Below are positions 1 through 8,483 of a stretch of 57,535 bases of DNA, piece after piece. This DNA is from Candidatus Eiseniibacteriota bacterium (lineage in GTDB: Bacteria > Eisenbacteria > RBG-16-71-46). The notes beneath the pieces were generated by a model. That model had not been told where the DNA came from, did not search any database, and worked only from the letters and a program-made list of their open reading frames with translations. Location of the stretch: the NCBI GenBank assembly GCA_038231135.1, contig JBBRLX010000030.1:1-57535 (forward strand). The letters are read 5' to 3'. The translations under genes were made by a program, and so were the position numbers. How positions within the stretch are numbered: the first letter of the stretch is position 1; each line of letters opens with the position of its first letter.

Positions 1-340
1 AGTTGTTCGAGCGACGTATACTGGAACATCGAAGCCTGAGTGTTGGTCGTGCCCATCATGGGAGAGGTCTCCTTCCTGGATACGTTCCAACCTACTCGCT
101 CCAGCGGCTCAAGTTCACCCCTTTTTCAGCAGCCTGCTAGGTGGGCCCTCAACCGTTCGAGAGGTCTCATGGCAATCGCAAGCGAGGAGTTCTTCATTTC
201 GAAGATCAAGCAAGGCCTGGCCTCTACGGGCCAGAGTCTGTCAGCTGCGGACGAAGCATATCTGCGTGCGCCCGAGCGACAACGCCTCGAATTCGTTCAG
301 GACTGGGCCCCGGAAGCATGCGGGCGCCGGCACTCGCCGA

Positions 341-892
341 TCAGTACGGTTCAATCGGCGTAGGGGTCTCATGATTGTGGGGGTGATCCCTCTTGCCGGA
401 GAAGGGAAATACCTTCAACAACCACAATCCGATCAGAATGCCGATGATGAGCGCGGAACCGTCTCGGATGGTCAGAAGAACGCCAGAACGCACGGGAAAT
501 CCGAAAGCAAAAAGTGAGGAAACGCCGCCGAGCGTGATAGACATGACGGTGGCTTTGCCGAGCATTACGGCCGGAGCAATGAGTTCTGGCGCAAGGAGTT
601 TAGCCGTCGTAGGAAGATCCTTGAGAGTGTACGTGCCCTCTCGGGAAAAGGTACTGCGAAGAACCAAAAAGACAATCGCCATGAGAAGCAAAGGCGTCAC
701 ATCATCAAAGACGCCTAAGACGGGTCTTGAGAAGAATGAGCGCAAGAACGCCACAAGGACGTACGTGACGAACAGTACGACTCCTAGGAGTGCACCCCGG
801 ACAATTATTAAGATGGGTGACAGTTGCCGCACAGATCCGAGGAGAGTCTCCCATGGTACCGGGGGGAGCTCAGCTCTTTCTTGTGTCGTCAT
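341..892 (-). CDS. Hypothetical multi-pass membrane protein (183 aa)
   Basis: About 4 hydrophobic stretches. The ATG overlaps the stop of the upstream minus-strand ORF (TCAT at 889-892). No family recognised. Confidence 0.55.
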   Translation of the reverse strand: MTTQERAELPPVPWETLLGSVRQLSPILIIVRGALLGVVLFVTYVLVAFLRSFFSRPVLGVFDDVTPLLLMAIVFLVLRSTFSREGTYTLKDLPTTAKLLAPELIAPAVMLGKATVMSITLGGVSSLFAFGFPVRSGVLLTIRDGSALIIGILIGLWLLKVFPFSGKRDHPHNHETPTPIEPY

Positions 893-1191
893 TGTGCCTT
901 CTTGTCGGGATGGTCAAAGTGGACGGCTTTGAGATGAAGGAACTCGAAGATCAAATAGCCTACGAACACAACCGTCAACGAAAGACCCTTCAGGGTGGCA
1001 ATCGCCTCGACCCACGGCCCGTGAACGTCAAGCATGTGCAGGAGTCGCTCAAGCAGATAAATGCTGCAGAAGCAGACGCCCGAAAGAATTGTAGCACCCA
1101 CGATACCGAGCATAGCTTGAGCCAAGAGAAGGCCCTGCCAACCCAACGCTCTCCGCCAGGTTTCTTGGGTCGGCTTCCTCTGGCCGCTCAA
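889..1191 (-). CDS. Small hypothetical membrane protein (start uncertain: TTG 1191 or ATG 1113)
   Basis: C-terminal part of ORF 889..1896 with two hydrophobic helices (LLLAQAMLGIVGATILSGVCFCSIYLL; LSLTVVFVGYLIFEFL). ATGA-coupled to the next gene. Confidence 0.4.
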   Translation of the reverse strand: MSGQRKPTQETWRRALGWQGLLLAQAMLGIVGATILSGVCFCSIYLLERLLHMLDVHGPWVEAIATLKGLSLTVVFVGYLIFEFLHLKAVHFDHPDKKAQ

Positions 1192-1362
1192 CTGATTAAC
1201 TTTCCATGTCCCATTAATGCGCAAATTGGCCCAAATCCGAACGGGCGTCAAGAATCTGTCCGGCGGGCAAGAAGCCCGAGAAGCAAGACCACCCGCCAGC
1301 GCCCCCGGGCCGGAAAGCCCGCGTATAAACCGCCGCGCCGGGACGAAGAGAGGAGATGGCCT

Positions 1363-1929
1363 ATGGGAAGGGGGAAAGGGGGAAGGGCAGGTGAGGCGGC
1401 CGATCCGTTCAGCGATCCCGAACTTGTGCCCGCGGTCCTCGCGGGCGTCGAGTACGGTGACCCTGCCGCCATGCGGGCCTTCGCTACCCTGCTCGTGATC
1501 ATACCCGGAGCCGGTGTCGGTGCCGCCGCGACGACCCTGCGGCGGTACCGCGCGGGAACCCTCCGCTCGCCGGGGGCGAGGAAGGTGGCGGCGCCGGAGC
1601 GCAAGGTAGTCGCGTACCGATTCGACCGCGGGGCCGGGAAAAATGAGCAGGTGTGGGCGACCGTCGAGCGGTTCAAGGGCCGCGAGTGCATTCACCTGCG
1701 AACCTACTTCCTCGGCCGCACGGGCGACTACATCCCCACCCGGCGCGGCGTCAGCATCCCCATGACTCAGTTCGTCGAGCTCGCGAAAGCCGTCCTTGCC
1801 CTTGCCGCCGAGATCGCACGTTGGCCCGCTGCTCCGGCCAACTCGCCTGAGGCCGTCGAGCCGGAAGGCGCTGCCGCGACCTGGAACCCTGAACACGAGA
1901 ACCCGGGGACTCTCGACGCCCGCAGTTGA
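1363..1929 (+). CDS. PC4/YdbC-like (p15) ssDNA-binding domain protein
   Basis: EQVWATVERFKGRECIHLRTYF...YIPTRRGVSIPMTQFVEL fits the PC4 pattern. AGGAG at 1351-1355 precedes the in-frame ATG 1363 of ORF 790..1929. Confidence 0.7.
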   Translation: MGRGKGGRAGEAADPFSDPELVPAVLAGVEYGDPAAMRAFATLLVIIPGAGVGAAATTLRRYRAGTLRSPGARKVAAPERKVVAYRFDRGAGKNEQVWATVERFKGRECIHLRTYFLGRTGDYIPTRRGVSIPMTQFVELAKAVLALAAEIARWPAAPANSPEAVEPEGAAATWNPEHENPGTLDARS

Positions 1930-1951
1930 CGGTATGACATTCGGTATGCCA
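1930..1951 (+). repeat. Tandem CGGTATG(A/C)CA pair, 12-bp period; possible integrase arm sites of a second element
   Basis: CGGTATGACA at 1930-1939 and CGGTATGCCA at 1942-1951, ~90 bp from the tRNA-derived att core. Confidence 0.4.
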
Positions 1952-2039
1952 AACGTACCGGCAGAACGCTACGAATCGGACGTCACCGGCGTCGCGACCG
2001 CGCCATAAGCCGTTGAATCGCACCAACCGTACTTATTCA

Positions 2040-2100
<61 letters not shown>

Positions 2101-2178
2101 GAGAATAGGCCAAATTCGAAGGTGTCACGCATGAAGCCTCAATGGGTTAGCGCCCGTTGGGGCTTCGCTCTTTGCGCA

Positions 2179-2235
2179 AAACCGTAGCAGAAACCGTAGC
2201 AGGCGGCTTCCGTGAGGTCAGCGCGACCGTAGCAG
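2179..2235 (+). repeat. Putative integrase arm-type sites (CCGTAGCA x3)
   Basis: AAACCGTAGCAG at 2179-2190 and 2191-2202, ACCGTAGCAG at 2226-2235. The same core recurs at the other island end. Confidence 0.7.
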
Positions 2236-2747
2236 GCAGATCGAATCGCGGAGTTGGCTCGGAGGGCAGCCGAGAGCCGAGTGGGATGGTCTTCGCGATT
2301 GGATCGTGCTCCCTCGCGTCACTTTCCATCTCCGCCCCGAGCCTCCTGGATTCAGCGACGACTTCCCCGATTGCCACGACGAAACTCCCCAAGCCCCTGC
2401 CCCAGCGCCGACCTGAGGCGGTCTATGTGCGGGCCAGAAAATCCAATTGATTTTCGCCGAGTTCCCGGTTCATTCGCGCAAGCGGCTGTGTCAGAATGCG
2501 ATGAAGCACAGTCCTGGGTGTCAATCTTGACTTTCGAAATCAATGAAGAATTCAAGTTGGCCTTCTAGCTCTTCGGGCATCGTTTTTGGCCCTGAGTCAT
2601 CCGCCCGCTGGTCCAAGTCTTGCCCATCGGGGTCCGAAGGCCGGAGTCCAGTCGCCGAAGTTGTAAGAATCGTCGACGGTAACGGCTTATGCGCTTTGAG
2701 CTTCATCGCCTCAGTTTCCCCGACAGCCCTTTCATGGAGAACCGACA

Positions 2748-3260
2748 ATGCGCCGGATTCTAATTGAACTCGTTCTGCTCACGACCCTTGTCAGAACTGC
2801 GCATGCGGTTGATTGCTACCGCCCCGCACCCGTTCCCGCGGGCCTAGCCGTCTCGGCAACCGATGATGGAGTTGCAAGGACATACGCCATCAGCTTTGCA
2901 CCGGATTCCAGTTGGATATCTGCCTGGGGCGGCCGGACCAGTGGCGGCATCGATGGCCGATGGAGCGCCTGGTGGTGCTTCGGTGACGGTTTCCGGACGA
3001 GCACCGTGAATTCAAACGTTGTGTTTGGTAACGGTATCGAAGTTCCGGTTGTGTTTACAGATCATTCCGTCCAATTTGCGATCCCTTCAAAGTTCTTTGT
3101 GAGCCCCAACTGGGCGATGCACATCGACGGAACGATCGACAGCTCCGAGCCCGACACCTGTCCTGGTCCCGACTTCTCAGGAACCGTCGTTGACCCGACA
3201 CCTGTGTCCCATGCGTCTCTGGGTCGGCTAAAAGCACGCTATCGCTCGGGTACGCCATGA
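2748..3260 (+). CDS. Secreted hypothetical protein with C-terminal TPxxxxSLGRLKxxYR motif
   Basis: Signal peptide MRRILIELVLLTTLVRTAHA, GGAG RBS, ATGA overlap with the next gene. Confidence 0.7.
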   Translation: MRRILIELVLLTTLVRTAHAVDCYRPAPVPAGLAVSATDDGVARTYAISFAPDSSWISAWGGRTSGGIDGRWSAWWCFGDGFRTSTVNSNVVFGNGIEVPVVFTDHSVQFAIPSKFFVSPNWAMHIDGTIDSSEPDTCPGPDFSGTVVDPTPVSHASLGRLKARYRSGTP

Positions 3261-4642
3261 ACCGCGCGATGAGCGCGAGAGGCGCTATCGGCGCGAGCCT
3301 CGTCGTCATTGCGTTGGCAAAGGCAGGAACCGCCGTCGCAACCGAGACAGGTTCTACCGACCTCCCGCCCAATTGGATCGCCGGGCAGATCTCCACGGAC
3401 TCAGTCTTGACCGCAGCTGCCCCCGGACCGGAATACGTGCTCTACGGTGATCTCACGGTGACCGCAACTGGCAAGTTGACTCTTCAGCCGGGAGTCACGA
3501 TTCGCGCGGTTGCGAACAGCGACTTCTTCGCGTCGGGGAATGATCCGAAAAGAGCAGAGCTGCTGATTTACGGTCAACTTGTGGCGACCGGTGAGGATCG
3601 GCAAGGTGGGAGGATTACGCTCCAATCGGACGGTTCGGCGGCAGCTTGGGGAGGTCTATATTTTGCTCCAGGAGCAACGTGTGATCTTCGTAATTGCAAC
3701 ATCCTTGACGCTCCCATTGGAATACGGAGCGCTGTACCTGTAACACTAAACAAGTGCGAAGTGCTCAATTGTGTGACCGGAATAATGTTGTTGTCGAATT
3801 ACATAATCCATCTAAGCGGATGTCATTTTGACGTAACAAATGGCATTGCTACCAATGTGGATTTTCCTGCCAGTCCAAATCGAGTAACCGGAAGTATTGG
3901 TGCATGTTCATTCACCGGACATGGCGGTATCGGGCTTTACAATGTCTTAGGCGACCTATTTACAACAGTTGACAGTACGCATGTGGTGCCATCCAGCTTT
4001 AGTGGGTTTGGAATAGCAGTATACTCTATTCTCCATAGTTATATCCGTAATGTACTTTTTACAGACAATAGCGTTAATTTGGGTAGCGGTGATTGCGTAA
4101 TGGATTATTGCACCTGTTATGGTGGATTTGTAACAATTGAACGGATTCGAAATAGCGTCCTGGTTGCCGCTGGAATAAATACATGCACAGACTTGTACAA
4201 ATCGGTAATGTGGCAAATGAATATCCCAGACTGTGGAACGCGAACCGACATCGCCTACTACGACCCGGATCTTGGCCCCAACTATGATCTCCTCCCGGCG
4301 TCGCTCTTCACCAATTACAGCACGTCCGGTGGCAAGATCGGAGCCTTCGGGCCCGGGGGATCGGAGAACCTCAGCGTGGCCTCCCCGATTGCCAGCCGTT
4401 TGCGACTGAGGATCACGCCAAACCCATCACACGGCAATTTTGCAATCGACGTTACTTCGGCCACCACCGCGACGCTCTCGATTCACGATATCAGCGGACG
4501 CACCGTCATGGCCAAGAGCGTCAGCCCGGGTGTTCAGCGATGGACCGAGGGCGGAGCGATCGTCCTTCCGCCGGGCAAGTACTGGGTCGCTGCGCGGTCG
4601 GCTGAAGGTAGCGCGATCATGGCGCTGACGATTCTCAGATGA
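3257..4642 (+). CDS. Secreted right-handed beta-helix protein with T9SS/FlgD-like C-terminal domain
   Basis: Signal peptide. GDLTV..LTLQPGVTI and WGGLYF motifs typical of beta-helix surface proteins. C-terminus ITPNP...IHDISGR...LPPGKYWV. Confidence 0.75.
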   Translation: MNRAMSARGAIGASLVVIALAKAGTAVATETGSTDLPPNWIAGQISTDSVLTAAAPGPEYVLYGDLTVTATGKLTLQPGVTIRAVANSDFFASGNDPKRAELLIYGQLVATGEDRQGGRITLQSDGSAAAWGGLYFAPGATCDLRNCNILDAPIGIRSAVPVTLNKCEVLNCVTGIMLLSNYIIHLSGCHFDVTNGIATNVDFPASPNRVTGSIGACSFTGHGGIGLYNVLGDLFTTVDSTHVVPSSFSGFGIAVYSILHSYIRNVLFTDNSVNLGSGDCVMDYCTCYGGFVTIERIRNSVLVAAGINTCTDLYKSVMWQMNIPDCGTRTDIAYYDPDLGPNYDLLPASLFTNYSTSGGKIGAFGPGGSENLSVASPIASRLRLRITPNPSHGNFAIDVTSATTATLSIHDISGRTVMAKSVSPGVQRWTEGGAIVLPPGKYWVAARSAEGSAIMALTILR

Positions 4643-4913
4643 TGCCCCCGGTGGTTAAAAAATCGTTGAGCCCGATGAATCGCGGGTCGATGGTTCGAGC
4701 AGGCCTATAATTCATTAGCCCAACGCCAGTCGCGCCGAAAGACGGTCTGACACGGAAGCGGAGTAATGGCAGAAGGCTCGGGGGGCAGGCCATGAGAACC
4801 CTCCGTTCGAGGAAACTACCTCATGGCCACTTACACAGAAGACGTTACACTCCCATTCACTCCGCACTCGGTGCCGACCGCATTTAGTGCCTGCGAAAGA
4901 GAAGGAGCTAGCA

Positions 4914-7900
4914 ATGCCATCGGTACCGCCTGCGACAGGAACTGCCAGGCCCCACCTTAGGGCGCTCGCCCCATTCCTGATCCTGTGCCTCTTGTTCCTA
5001 AACACGGTTGCCGCTAGGCCCGCATCAGCCAGCTATCTCTTCGAAGAGCCCATCCCAAGTGTGCCTATTCCGATCTACCCACAGTCCGGCACAACGGGCG
5101 ACTTTAACGAGGACGGCGTTCCTGACATAATCGTAACCGGTACTGGCGGATATACGCTCCTGTTGCTTATCGGCAATGGTGACGGCACCTTCCGCCCGCC
5201 GATAGATCTCTCGCCGGGACTGCCACCCACTTCCGTGACTACCGTTGATCTCAACGGTGATGGTCACCTCGACCTCGTATTTGGCAGTGTGGATGGCTTC
5301 GATAACATCGACGTGCAACTGGGCAATGGGGATGGCACGTTCCAAGTCCCGATCGAACTTGACTTGGGAAGCGGTGCTCATGTTATCAACGCTGTCGCTG
5401 ACTTCAACGCCGATAGTCATGCCGACATCGTCGTCACAACCACTAATTCTCCAAACGTTGCGATACTGCTCGGCACAGGCCACGGCACCTTCACCACGCA
5501 GACCCTGACCGTTCCGGGAGGTAACGCTCGTGGAGTTGCAGTCGCCGATTTCAACTCCGACGGTAAGCTCGACATAGCAGTTGCCACCAACGCTACCTCA
5601 CAGTTGTCCATCTTCTACGGAACTGGCGACGGCACCTTTCAGGCAGGACCCATCTACCCGGTAGGTACGTGCAGTGGCCTAACTGCTGCTGACTTCAACA
5701 ACGACGGATTAGTTGATATCGCAGTCGCCCAAATGCCAGGCATGATTGCATTGTTTTTGAATACCGGAGCCGGAGCTTTCGCGCGCCAGCCAGATGGTGC
5801 TGCGATCGGACCATTGATTCATGGATGCAGGAGTGCTGACATCAACGGGGATGGATACATTGATCTGATAGCGCTTGTCAGGGATTCCGTCGATGTAATG
5901 CTTGGCCGTGGCGATGGCACATTTGCGCCCGCATTGCTATCGATACTTCCCGATCAGGCATACGCCATGATCCTAAGCGATATAAATCGTGATGGTAACA
6001 TAGATATCGTCGTCACGCGTAGTAGCGTTACTGCTATGTCAATCCTAATTAACGCTGCGAGTACGAAGAGCTGCCCCGGCGTCACCGCGGAGTTTGCGGC
6101 CGATGTCTTGTCTGGGCCGGCACCACTCTCTGTGCAATTTACAAACATGTCATCAAGTAATGCGAGCGTATCATGGGACTTTGAAAACGATGGCATCTAT
6201 GATTCCAATGAGCAAAACCCTCTCCACGTATACTCGACGCCCGGGATTTACTCGGTGCGATTGAAGGCATCGACAGATTCATGCTTTAATTCACTGGTAC
6301 GGCCGCTCTGGGTCAACGTTCTGCACCAATACCGCGATACACTTGCGATTGGTTCATCAAGAGTCATCACGGTGGCAGATACTGTGCAACTTGCCGTCAC
6401 CTCGATGGGCGTTGATCCAATTGGGGTGCTTTCGGTGTACTTCAGCTATCCTTCCGACAAGTTGGAATTCCTCGGGATACAGGACCAGGTCCCGGGTCGC
6501 TCCCTATCTGCGGGCATCGTAGGTGGGCGTGTATCCGTTCAGTGGTTCGACGCCAGTGGAGGTAGCGACCCAATTGCGGCTAATGTCGGGCCACTATTCA
6601 AATTGAAGTTTCGTCACATCGGACCATTCCAAGATTCGGTTCGCGTTGAGTTTGATCGGTCGCTGTGTGGTATAGGTGGACCAGACGGAACACAATTGGC
6701 GGACGTGCTATTCAGGGACACTCCTCCATACGGGACGGTCGTGCTGAACATTCCGACGGCGTCGGTTGGCGGTAATGTCACGTACTACTTGTCCGGACTC
6801 GCCGTGCCAGGCGCGATATTGAAGATGGGAGCGCCAAATACCAGTGTCGTATCCGACAGCACAGGCGCATTTGTGTTTACCCCGTATCCTCTTGGCTCGT
6901 ATGTCCTCAGTGTCTCGAAGGTTAGCGACCTTCAGGGCATAAACGCCCTTGATGCGCTAAAGGTCGTGCGGCACAGCTCTGGCGTAGAGCTATTTGGCAA
7001 CCCGCGTCAGGTCATGGCTGCTGACGTTAATCTCGACGGTGCCGTCAATGCATTTGACGCCACAAAGATTTTGCGGGCGGCTGTGGGATTGCAAGCGTTA
7101 CCCTCTGGCAACTGGAAGTTCATCCCAGATTCGGTGACTCTTGCTCCTCTAGATCGTGACGCCCTCCGTGAGAACTTTGTTGCGGTCCGGATGGGTGACG
7201 TTAATGCTGACTGGCACCCTGACAGCGAGATTGGAATCACTCTGGCGTCCCGCGGAAGTATTGCGATGCCGGTCCAAACGCTGCATTCTGTGGAAGAGCT
7301 TGTGACTCCGGACGTTTCGATACCGGACACAGTGGCGCGAGCAGGCGGCACCGTAGCCATCCCGGTGCGGTTCAAGGGCTTTAATGGAATTGGGGCAGTG
7401 TCGCTACGCATACGGTTCGATCCCGCTGTACTAACATATGGTGGCATATCCAGCGGCATTGCCGGGATTGTGTTTACATCTAATGTGATTGGCAATGAAG
7501 TGCGGATTGAGTGGTTTGACACTACGGCAGGCGCGAATCCGATTGCGGTTGCCGGCGGAACACTTCTGACGGCAACGTTCAACGTTGTCGGAAATTGGGG
7601 CACCGAATCGAAGCTTCAGTTCACGACGGCCTCTGCCTTCGGCAACGCAACGGGTTCTCCCCTAGCGGCAACCTTTGAGAATGGCGCGGTGCGAATTCGG
7701 AGTACAACTGGAGTCACAAGCCCACAGCCGGCGTGGCAACTTGAGCTGGCGGGGTTGCAACCGAACCCTTGCAGCGGCCGAGGGAAGCTCAGTTTCGTGC
7801 TTCCGGAGAAGGGCTTTGTAGGACTTGACCTCTTCGATGTGACCGGGCGGAGAGTGTGGCGCGTGCTTGGGGCCATCTTGAGTGGAGGACCCCACTCCAT

Positions 7901-8012
7901 CGACTTTGACGGAAGTGGCGAGGGCGAGAAGCCACTGCCATCGGGGGTCTACCTTTTGCGCCTGACTTTCAGCGGACGCCAGCAGACTCAACGGGTGGCT
8001 GTGGTGCGATAA
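4914..8012 (+). CDS. Secreted FG-GAP/VCBS propeller + PKD + cohesin + dockerin + cohesin + T9SS/FlgD-like CTD protein
   Basis: AAGGAG RBS at 4902-4907. Six DxNxDGxxDI/L-type repeats. PKD (APLSVQFTN..WDF..NPLHVYSTPGIYSVRL). Two cohesin-like segments, dockerin (INALDAL..DVNLDGAVNAFDA), and CTD (QPNP..FDVTGR..LPSGVYLLRL). Confidence 0.85.
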   Translation: MPSVPPATGTARPHLRALAPFLILCLLFLNTVAARPASASYLFEEPIPSVPIPIYPQSGTTGDFNEDGVPDIIVTGTGGYTLLLLIGNGDGTFRPPIDLSPGLPPTSVTTVDLNGDGHLDLVFGSVDGFDNIDVQLGNGDGTFQVPIELDLGSGAHVINAVADFNADSHADIVVTTTNSPNVAILLGTGHGTFTTQTLTVPGGNARGVAVADFNSDGKLDIAVATNATSQLSIFYGTGDGTFQAGPIYPVGTCSGLTAADFNNDGLVDIAVAQMPGMIALFLNTGAGAFARQPDGAAIGPLIHGCRSADINGDGYIDLIALVRDSVDVMLGRGDGTFAPALLSILPDQAYAMILSDINRDGNIDIVVTRSSVTAMSILINAASTKSCPGVTAEFAADVLSGPAPLSVQFTNMSSSNASVSWDFENDGIYDSNEQNPLHVYSTPGIYSVRLKASTDSCFNSLVRPLWVNVLHQYRDTLAIGSSRVITVADTVQLAVTSMGVDPIGVLSVYFSYPSDKLEFLGIQDQVPGRSLSAGIVGGRVSVQWFDASGGSDPIAANVGPLFKLKFRHIGPFQDSVRVEFDRSLCGIGGPDGTQLADVLFRDTPPYGTVVLNIPTASVGGNVTYYLSGLAVPGAILKMGAPNTSVVSDSTGAFVFTPYPLGSYVLSVSKVSDLQGINALDALKVVRHSSGVELFGNPRQVMAADVNLDGAVNAFDATKILRAAVGLQALPSGNWKFIPDSVTLAPLDRDALRENFVAVRMGDVNADWHPDSEIGITLASRGSIAMPVQTLHSVEELVTPDVSIPDTVARAGGTVAIPVRFKGFNGIGAVSLRIRFDPAVLTYGGISSGIAGIVFTSNVIGNEVRIEWFDTTAGANPIAVAGGTLLTATFNVVGNWGTESKLQFTTASAFGNATGSPLAATFENGAVRIRSTTGVTSPQPAWQLELAGLQPNPCSGRGKLSFVLPEKGFVGLDLFDVTGRRVWRVLGAILSGGPHSIDFDGSGEGEKPLPSGVYLLRLTFSGRQQTQRVAVVR

Positions 8013-8182
8013 GGTAACCGTCGTCTGACGCCCACCCTTCCCTAGGTCGGCTCGTGCTCATCCCGTGAGAGGTGTTCGCGACGGGCATGTCACTGGGGGA
8101 GGGGGTCGGCATGCGATCCAAGGCGTCACGAGGCTGGCACCCCTGCCGAGCGCGTGGCGGTGGCGAGGCCCGAAGGTCCGGG

Positions 8183-8199
8183 GAGCCCCAAATCGAACG
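8183..8199 (+). repeat. 17-bp exact direct repeat GAGCCCCAAATCGAACG (copy 1)
   Basis: Identical to 11887-11903, with imperfect similarity extending ~20 bp upstream and ~6 bp downstream. Confidence 0.8.
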
Positions 8200-8220
8200 T
8201 GACGAGGCAAAGGGGTCATC

Positions 8221-8343
8221 CGGACCCCCGGCATCTGCGAACGGCAGCCGCTCCACCCGCGTCCCGCCGCAGCACGCCACCCGCACCAGCTGCACCTCCA
8301 GGTACGTCTCCACGTCGCCGACCGAGCAGTCCCGCAGCCGGAT
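8221..8343 (-). pseudogene. ISL3-like transposase N-terminal remnant
   Basis: Translates IRLRDCSVGDVETYLEVQLVRVACCGGTRVERLPFAD, resembling the RD..G..TYLEV..RV.C..CG..VERLPF segment of ISL3 transposases. No DDE domain follows. Confidence 0.55.
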
Positions 8344-8483
8344 CGATTCAGTCCATCTGCGACAACGTAGTGGTTCAGCCAGTTGGTCTGCTCGATGTCA
8401 CGGAGGAAGGCGCGGTCGCGTTCCATAAGTCCATCAGACCTTCCTGCTTGATCCTTCTCGACATTCATTCCTGATCCCTTCCC

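Noticed and set aside
40..363. 107-aa ORF at the window start
   Set aside because: No recognisable motif and it overlaps the next gene's end. It may be a fragment but cannot be supported.
790..1362. N-terminal extension of the 379-aa ORF
   Set aside because: It overlaps a more plausible coupled minus-strand gene, and a good RBS + ATG lies at 1351-1365.
4715..4790. Possible c-di-GMP-I riboswitch (GAAA-containing stretch)
   Set aside because: The conserved GGCAAAC and GACGCAAA elements are not present.
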